A stretch of 64,000 nt of DNA from the human T2T-CHM13v2.0 reference genome, Homo sapiens. Below the pieces are notes generated by a model, which ran no database searches, had not been told where the DNA came from, and saw only the letters and a program-made list of their open reading frames with translations. Location: assembly GCF_009914755.1 (NCBI RefSeq), contig NC_060947.1. One strand, written 5' to 3'. Numbering within the stretch: the stretch's first letter is position 1; the number at the start of each line of letters is the position of its first letter. A program made the position numbers and the translations under genes. Below, piece after piece: positions 54,990 to 64,000 of the stretch.

Positions 54990-54999
54990 TAAAAAAATA

Positions 55000-56541
55000 T
55001 TTTTAACTTTTCATTTAGGTTCTGTGGTACATGTGCAAGTTTGTTATATAGGCAAACTTGTGACCTTGTGACTTGGGGGTTTAGTGTAAAGATTAATCAC
55101 TCAGGTATTCAACATTTTTTTTCTCTCTGTTTTTTTTTTCTTAACCCCATCCCTGAAGTAGGTCCCAATGTCTGCTGTTCTCTTGTCTCCCTGTGTTCTC
55201 ACTATTTAGCTCCAACTTATAAGTGAGAAAATGTGGTACTTGGTTTTCTGCTCCTGCGTTAGTTGCTAAGGATAATGGCCTCTAGTTCCATCCCTGTTCC
55301 TGCAAAGGACTTAATTTCATTCTTTTTTTATGACTGCAAGGTATTATACAGTATATATGTACCACATTTTATTTACCAGTTGACCGTTGATGGGCATTTA
55401 GATTGATTCCATGTCTTTGCTATGGTGAATAATGCTGCAACGAACATATGCTTGCATGTGTCTTTGGAAGAATGATTTATATTCCTTTGGGTATATAGCC
55501 AGTAGTGGGATTGCTGGATCAAACAGTAGTTCTGTTTTTAGTTCTTTGAGAAATCACCACACTACTTTCCACAATGATTGAACTAATTTACACTCCCACC
55601 AGCAGTGTATAAGCACTCCCTTTGTTCCACAACCTCTCAAACATTCATTATTTTTTGTTTTCAATAATAGCCATTCTGATGGGTGTGAGATGGTATCTAA
55701 TTGTTGTTTTGATTTGCATTTCTCTAATTATTAGTAACATTGAGCATTTATTCATATGTCAATTGGCTGCATGTATGTCTTCTTTTGAACACTTCTTTTT
55801 GTTCATATCCTTTACCCACTTTTTAATGGGGTTGTCTTTTGCTTGTACAGTTGTTTAAGTTCCTTGTAGATTCTGGATATTAGGCCTTTGTCAGATGTAT
55901 AGTTGCAAATATTTTTGCTCATTCCATAGGTTTCCTATTGACATTGTTTATAGTTTATTTTGTTGTGCAGAAGCTCTTTAATTGGGTCCCATTTGTCTTG
56001 CTTTTGTTGCAACTGTATTAGTGTTTTCATCCTGAAATTTTTGCTAGTTTCTATGTTCAAAATGGTATTTCCTAGGTTATCTTCCAGGGCTTTTATAGTT
56101 TGAGGTTTTACACCTAGATCTTTATTCCATCTGGAATTGATTTTTGTTTATGGTATAAGGAAAGGGTCCAGTTTCAACCTTCTGCATACAGCGAGCCAGA
56201 TATCACAGCACCATTTATTGAATAGAGAGTTCTTTCCCCATTGCTTGTTTTTGTTAACATTGTCAACTATCAGAGAGTTGTAGGTGTGTGACTTTATTTC
56301 TGGACTCTCCATTCTATTCCATTGGTCTGTGTGTTTGTTTTTTGTACCAGTATCATGCTGTTTTGGTTACTGTAGCATCGTAGCACAGTTTGAAGTCAGG
56401 CAATGTGAATCCTCCAGCTTTGCTCTTTTTGCTTAGAATTGCTTTGGCTATTTTTGTTTCTGTATGAATTTTATAATAGTTTTCTCTTTTTTTAGTTCTG
56501 TATAGAATGTCATTGGTAGTTTGATAAGAATAGAATTGAAT
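55000..56541 (-). mobile_element. Old L1PA (PA13-16-like) 3' part
   Basis: Antisense 3'UTR and ORF2 C-terminal region ('gatggtatctaattgttgttttgatttgcatttctc'). Confidence 0.9.
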
Positions 56542-57213
56542 GGTTAATGAAATTAAGGCAGAAATCAAAAAGTTCTTTGACACCAATGAAAACAAAGATA
56601 CAACATACCAGAATATCTGGGATACAGCTAAGGCAGTGAGAAGAGGAAAAATTATAGCAATAAACACGCACTTATAAAAGTTAGAAAAATCTCAAATTAG
56701 CACCTTAACATCACAACTATAATTACTAGGGAACCAAGAGCAAACAAAGCTATCAGAAGACAAGAAATAACCAAAATCAGAGCTGAACTAAAGGAGAGAG
56801 AGACACAGAAAACCATATGAAAAATCAATGAATTCAGGCACTGTTTCTTACAAAAAAATAAAATAAAATAGATAGACCACTAGTTAGAATAATAAAGAAG
56901 AAAAAAGAGAAGATCCAAATAAACACAATTAGAAATGACAAAGGGGACATTACCACTCACTCCACAGAAGTACAAATAATCATCACACACTGCTATGAAC
57001 ACCTCTGCACAGAAACTAGAAAATCTGGAAGAAATGGATAAATTCATGGACACATACACCCTCCTAAGACTGAACCAGACAGAAATTGAATCCCTCAGCA
57101 GACCAATAATATAATGAGCTCTGAAATCGAATGAGTAATAAATAGCCTACCAACTGATAAAAGCCCAGAACCAGATGGATTCACAGCCACTTCTACCAGA
57201 TGTAAAAAGAGCT
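56542..57213 (+). mobile_element. L1PA ORF2 N-terminal segment, inverted relative to 55000-56541
   Basis: 'aaggcagaaatcaaaaagttctttga...gatggattcacagcc' in sense orientation. Confidence 0.88.
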
Positions 57214-59030
57214 AAATCCAAGAGTCTGAGCATGCCCTCTTGAATAAGTCTGGAGAAATCATACTTATTTCATTTGTGAGCCAACTTAATTGAGGTTTTC
57301 AAAAATAAAGCATAACCTAGAAGAGAAATTTAAATCCAAGTCTTCCAACTCTTGCTTTGATTCCATAATTCATTTTGATATTTCTTCATTTTGGTTCAAA
57401 ACTCTAGATCCTCAAATGACTACTGAATATAATCAAAATGGGGAAAGGAGACTAATTGCCAAAATGACTAATTAATTCATCCTTTAAGGTTAGCTGTGTC
57501 CCCAGTTACTCAATAGGCAGCAGTAACTAAGGATGTTCTGACCTTTTAAGGAAGACACCTAAAACATGAACTACAGATGAAAGGAAAGCACAGTCCCTAA
57601 TATGCTGTTCCAATGCTCAAAGAGAATGTCAAAAGGCCTGTGAAAACTAAATGCCTTCTTCTATAATGCAGTTAATTCAACACTTCTGAGTAGACAGACA
57701 CACATTTGAAAAGCGTGTTTTATCTGTGCTTATGTTACGAATCTCTGAAGAATAATTTATTTAACAGAACTATTTTAGTCCAAATCTCACCTGTGACTGT
57801 TGGAAAGAATTACAGTTGTTGCAAACACTGATTGATATTGAGAATGAATGATTTGAATTGATAACAGAGAAAAGATGAAATATCCTCGGAATACCAGCTA
57901 CCTGTATGGGTACTTGTAAAGTGTCTGTGTCTGTCATTTTCTGTTATTAGATAGTCAAAATGAAGCAAAGGCATTCAGGTATGGAAAAGAAAAGTCATAT
58001 GTTTTCTTGTTGAATACAATTTGGTTTGGTGAGAAGGGTTCCTTGCTTTGTGTTAGTCTTGACAATAAACTTTCTCTAGGCCTCTGACATAAATAATAGG
58101 TGTAGTGGTGTTTTGTTTATTTTGTTGCCTTAAATACAAGTGAGAAACTAACACAAATAAATATTTTCTATATTTATCAATTTACATAAATAGTTCTGAA
58201 GTAATAATTTATAGTTTATTGTCAATCAAAAATGAAAGGTAAATGTAAGCTAAGAAACAAAGCTTGCGGGTTTCTTAGTTTATTTTGTTTTGCTATTAAA
58301 TACTGAAGTAAGACTTCTTCCTCTTTGATATTTATATTTGAGAACATAAAATTCTATTTTCATTCCAACTATAATAACACTAGAATGTAAAAAAAAGTAT
58401 GTTTTAAACTGTATTTATATCACAAGTTCAGATATAGGTAGATATTTATTCTCTGTTACATACTTCAGAAATTTCGTTTAGAAACCCTCATAGTGCCTTG
58501 GAAAGGCTGGTAGTTCTGTGATGTAGGCATAATCCTATAAATCCTATCATTAAATACCTGACTATGGCATAAATTCATCCATACTATACATCCAAAGAGC
58601 TAATTATAGCTCATCTTTTATTCTACTCTAAGACCTAGGAGATTGTTTTCCAATCAATTTAATGTGTGTGTTATACTTTGAGGATCTCCCATTTATTGGG
58701 TCTACTTCCTTGGGTCACTAAAATTGGTCAGTTCTCTTGAACAGGATATGAGTGACCTTCCAACTGATGTATTCTCTTGCCCACACACATAGCTAAAAGT
58801 AATACTAAACATACTGTTAAGAAATGATGAAAAACACAGTTTAATACCAATATTTGAATACTAGTAAATTAAATTTTCTTCAATATTTCCTTCACTATTT
58901 TCATACCTTTTTAATCTTATGATTTTATTCTATACAATATTTGGATTAATGTGCCACACCAACACTATCTTCCCCCTCCCCTGACTGGAAAGTCACTTCA
59001 GGGTTAGGACCATTTAATTTTGTTTACCAG

Positions 59031-62000
59031 AGACAGGAGGAAGAGCAAGATGGCAGAATAAATGGCTTCACCGATTGTTAACCCCACAAAGACACCAAGT
59101 TAACAACTATCTACCCAGAAAAAAACACCTTAATAAGAACCAAAAATCAGAGCAGAAAGGAAAACCAAACCAAACTCAGCTAACACCTGTCCATGGATGG
59201 AGCACTGAAACCAGCATTACCCAGACAGGAATCATTGATCCTAGCAGTCCAAACCTGAGTGCCTGCAAACCTCACCACCAAGGGCTACATTGCTCTCTGT
59301 CTCCAAGTAAACTTGAAAGGCACTCTAAGCCATAAGGACTGTAAATCTTAGGTGAGTCATAGTGCTGAACTAGGCTCAGAGACAGTGAACTGGTGGGGGG
59401 CATGTGACATACTGAGACACTAGCTGGGGAAGCCAAGGGAGTGGCTTCCCTAACCGCAGCCTGCACAACTCATGTCTCCAAAAGAGACTCCTTCCTTCTG
59501 CTTCAGGAGAGGAGAGGAAGGAGTGGGGAGGACTTTGTCTTGCATCTAGGATACCAGCCCAGCTATGAGAGGATCAGGCACTGATCAGAGGCATGAGGCC
59601 CCCATTCCAGGCCCTAGCTCCCAGAAGACAATTCTAGACATATCTTGGAATAGAGGGTCCCCACTGCCTTGAAGGGAAGTACCCAGTCCTGGCAGCATTA
59701 ATCACCTGCTAACTGTAGAGCCTTTAGGCCCTGAATAACCAGCAGCAATACCCAGTTACTACATCAAGAGCCTTGGTTGTGCCTTTGAGACTTCCTGGCT
59801 TCAGGTAAAACATGGCCACAGGGGAGTAGAGCAGCAAGCAGGCTCTTGAGGTCACTGATTTCAAGACTTCACTCTTGGATGGCATTTCTGGACCTGTGCT
59901 GGGCCAGAGGGGATCCCACTGCCCTGAAGAGTGAGTCCCAGCCAGGCAACATTCACAACAAGCTGACTTACTAGACCGTGGGCCTTAAAAGAACATCAGT
60001 GGTGGCCTGGCAGAATTCCTCGTGGCCTGAGGTGGCAGTGGCTATGGGGTAAGGCTCCTCTGCCTTCAAAAAGGGAAGGGCAGAGTGGGAAGGACTACAA
60101 CTTGTGGACTGAGTGCCAGCTCAGTCATGGTACAATAGAATGCCAGGTAGATTTCTAAGGTTTTTGACTCTAGTCCCTGACTCCCAGATGGCACCACTGG
60201 ACCCACCTGGAACCTGGGGGACCTCGCCAACCAGAAAGGAAAGACACAGGCCTGTTTGGCTTTGCCCCTGCTGATTATAGAGCACCAGAGCCTTGAGCAA
60301 ACGTGGATAGTAGCCATGGAGTTTTTACAGCAGCCCTAGAGCAAGAACCAGTGCTGTGTTGGCTTCAGGTCTGACTCAGTTCGGTCATATTGGTGGTGGC
60401 TACTGGGGTTCCTGTGTCACTCAACCCCCAGATTTACATGCCTCAGGACACAGAGAGAGACTCTGTATGTTTGGAAGAATGTAAAAAAAGAGAAAAAAAA
60501 TCTCCGCCTGGTAACCCAGAAAATTCCCCCAGATCTTGTCCAAGATCATCAATGCAGTATCTCTACAAGTCTGCAAGAACCACAGCATTGCTGGATTTAG
60601 GGTGCCCACTAAAGCAGATATAGCTTAGATCACAAGACTCAAGTCCCTTAAAATATCTGGAATGGCTTCCCAAGAATGATGGCTATTCAACAACCCCAAC
60701 AGTGAAGACTACAATAAATACCTAATTTTTCAATGCCCAGACACTAAAGAACATCTACCAACATCAGCACCATCCAGGGAAACATGACTTCACCAAATGA
60801 ACTAAATAAGTCACCAGGGATCAATCCTACAGAAGCAGCTATGTAGCCTTGCAGACAGAGATTTCAAAATAGCTGTTTCGAGGAAACTCAAAAAATTCAA
60901 GATAACACAAAGAAGGGGTTCTAAATTCTATCAGATAAATTTAACAAAGAAACTGAAATAATTAAAAAGATCAGGCAGAAATTCTCTAGCTGAAAAATTC
61001 AAATTGCATATAGAAGAATGCATCAGAGTCCTTTAATAGCAGAATTGCTCAAGCAGAAGAAATAATTAGTGAGCTTAAAGGCAGGCTATTTATAAATACA
61101 CAGAAGAGACAAAAGGAAAAAGAATAAAAAACAAAGAAGCATGCCTACAGGATCAAGAAAATAGCTTCCAAAGGTCATATCTAAGAGTTACTGGCCATAA
61201 AGAGGAGGTAGAGAAAGACATAAGGGTAGAAGTTTATTCAAGGTGGCAATAACAGATAACTTCCCAAACCTAGAGAAAGATATCAATATCCAAGTACAAA
61301 AATGTTATAGAACACCAAGTAGTTCCAACATATACTATTAAATCAATTTAATACATCATATTAACAGAATAAGGATAAAAAACATATGATCATTTGAATT
61401 GATGTGGAAAAAACATATCACTTCATGATAAAATCTCTCAAATAACTGGGTGTAGAAGAAACACACTTCAACATAAAAAAAGCCGGATATGACAGATCCA
61501 CAGCTAGTATCATATTGAATGTAAAAATACTGAAAGCCTTTCCCCTAAGATCTGAGACACAATAAGGATGTACATTGTCAACACTGTTATTCAACATAGC
61601 ACTGGAAGTTCTAGCTGGAGCAATCAGACGAGAAGAAAATATAGGGCATCTGAATTGGAAAGGAAGAAGTCAAATTATTCTTGCTTGCAGATGGTATGAT
61701 CTTTTCCTGGAAAAACTTAAAGATTTCACTAGAAAACGAATGGAACTGGTACATTCAGTAAAGTTGCAGGATACAAAATTAACATACTATAATCAAAAAT
61801 CAGTAATATTCCTAGATGCCAACAGTGAACAATATGAAAAAGAAACAAAAAAGGAATCCCATTTACTATAGCTACACAGAAAATTAAATAGCTAAAAATT
61901 AACTAAAGAAGTGAAAGATCTCTATAATAAAGACTATAAAGCACTAATGAAAGAAATTGAAGAGGACACCCCAAAAATGAAAAAAATATGCATTGGAAGA

Positions 62001-63737
62001 ATCAATATTGTTAAAATGTCCATAGTACCCAAAGCAATTCACAGATTCAATGCAATCCCTATAGAAATATCAATGACATTCTTAACAGAAATAGAAAAAA
62101 AAATCCTAAAATTTGTATGGAACCACAAAAGACCCAGAATAGTCAAATCTATCCTAAGAAAAAAGACAAAACTGATGGAATCACATTGTCTGAATTCAAA
62201 TTATACTACAGAGCTATAGTAACCAAAGCAGCATGGTACAGACACATGGAACAATGAAACAGAATAGAAGATGCCGAAAAAAATACACACACCTGCAGTG
62301 AACTCATTTGTGATGAAGGTATCAAGAACATACAATGAGGAAAAGACTGTCTTCTCAATATATGATGCTGAGAAAACTGGATATCCACATGCTGAAGAAT
62401 TAAACTAGATCCCTATCTCTCCATATACAAAAATTAAATCAAAATTGATTAAAGACTTAAATCTAAGACCTGGAACTATAAAACTACTACAAGAAATAAT
62501 TGGGGAAAATCTCCAGGACACTTTTCTGGGCAAACATATATTGAGCAATACCCCACAAGCACAGGCCACCAAAGCAAAAATGCACACATGGGATCACATC
62601 AAGTTTAAAAGCTTCTGCACAGCAAAGGGCATAATAAACAAAGTGAACATAGAAGACAAAGAATGGGAGAAAATATCTGCAAACTACCTGTCTGACAAGG
62701 GATTAAAAAAACATAATATACAAGCAGCTCAAAGAACTCTATAGAAAAAAAATCTAATAATCAGATCAAAAAAATGGGCAAAAGATTTGCATACACATTT
62801 CTCAAAAGAAGACATACAAATGGCAAATAGGCATATGAAAAAGTGCTTAACATCATTATAGAAATGCAAATCAAAACTACAATGAGATATTATCTCACTC
62901 CAATTAAAATGGCTTATATCCAAAAGACAGACAATAACAAATACTAGTAGGGGTGTGGAGAAAAGGGAACACTGCTAATACAACCACTATGGAGAACAGT
63001 TTGGAGGTTCTTCAAAAAATTACAAATTGAGCTACCATATGATCCAGCAATCCCACTGCTGAGTATATACCCAAAAGAAGGGAAATCAGTATATAAAGAG
63101 ATATCTGCGCTCTCATGTTTGTTGCAGCAGTGTTCACAATAGCCAAGGTTGGGAAGAAACCTAAGATTCCATCAACAGATAAATGGATAAAGAAACTGTG
63201 GTACATATACACAGTGGAGTACTATTCAGCCATAAAAAGGAATGAGAACCCTCATTTGCAACAACATGGATGGAACTGGAGGTCATTATGTTAAGTAAAA
63301 TGAGCCAGGCACAGAAATACAATGTTCTCACTTATTTGTAGGAAATAAAAATCAAAACAACTGAACTCATAGATATAGATCGCAGAAGGATGGTTACTAT
63401 TATCCAGGAAGGGTAGTAGGGAGTTAGGGGGAGAGGGGTGGGGATGGTGAATGAGAACAAAAAATAGTTAGAAAAAATGGAAAAGACCAACAATTTGATC
63501 GCACAACGGAGTGACTATCGTCAATAATAACTTAATTGCAAATTAAAAAATAAAGAGTGTAATTAAATTGTTTGTAACTCAAAGGATAAATGCTTGAGGA
63601 GATGGATACCCCATTCCCCATGATGTGTTTATTTTGTATTCCATACTTGCATCAAAACATCTCATGTACCCCATAAATATATACACCTGCTATGTACTGT
63701 ATGCGGGTACTATGAACCTACAAATAATAAAAGTAAA
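59031..63737 (+). mobile_element. L1MA1/2-like element with both termini; deletions in the 5'UTR (59150/59151) and from ORF1 to ORF2 (~61320)
   Basis: 'gagcaagatggcagaata' 5' end; ORF2 remnants in ORFs 61575..61871, 61911..62219, 62445..62744; perfect 15-bp TSD AATTTTGTTTACCAG at 59016-59030 and 63738-63752. Confidence 0.92.
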
Positions 63738-64000
63738 AATTTTGTTTACCAGCTCACTAGTCTCAGCATCTAGCTTTTTTCTTCACAGTTTTTCTTGATG
63801 TCTCTTTTCTCTTCATCCTGTATTATTTCTTTATTATATATGTACTATGTAATATTTATACATAATAATATTAAAATACTGAATAATATTTTCAATATCA
63901 TAGTTAAAACGTGCTTAGCACATATTTGCTTAGTGATATTTTAAATATTTTATATGAATTAAGCAATTCAGTCTTCACAAGAACCCTATGAGGTAGGTAC

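Noticed and set aside
57768-57851. Plus-strand peptide NYFSPNLTCDCWKELQLLQTLIDIENE* as a terminal exon
   Set aside because: The acceptor is weak, there is no recognised homology and no supporting upstream exons.

Overview
This is primate (human-like) genomic DNA, AT-rich and mostly made of interspersed repeats. It contains nested LINE-1 of many ages (mostly on the + strand), six Alus, MaLR/ERVL/ERV1 LTR elements, L2/MIR remnants and microsatellites. I found no intact protein-coding gene, RNA gene or CRISPR array; the listed ORFs are repeat-derived or chance. The interest is structural. (1) A multi-kb degenerate (ACTATA)n array has its middle flipped by a ~3.4 kb inversion that also cuts a twin-primed L1MA. 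(2) A ~95%-identical ~277 bp inverted repeat sits inside very old L1 sequence. (3) A polyadenylated, TSD-flanked HERV-H copy looks retroposed by L1. (4) An old L1MA appears to have a spliced 5'UTR. (5) There is a probable L1-insertion-mediated deletion, a THE1 with discordant LTRs, a ~9.3 kb nested TE stack and two isolated hairpins. Subfamily names come from remembered consensus motifs and need RepeatMasker/Dfam confirmation. I do not see solid evidence of a new biological system.
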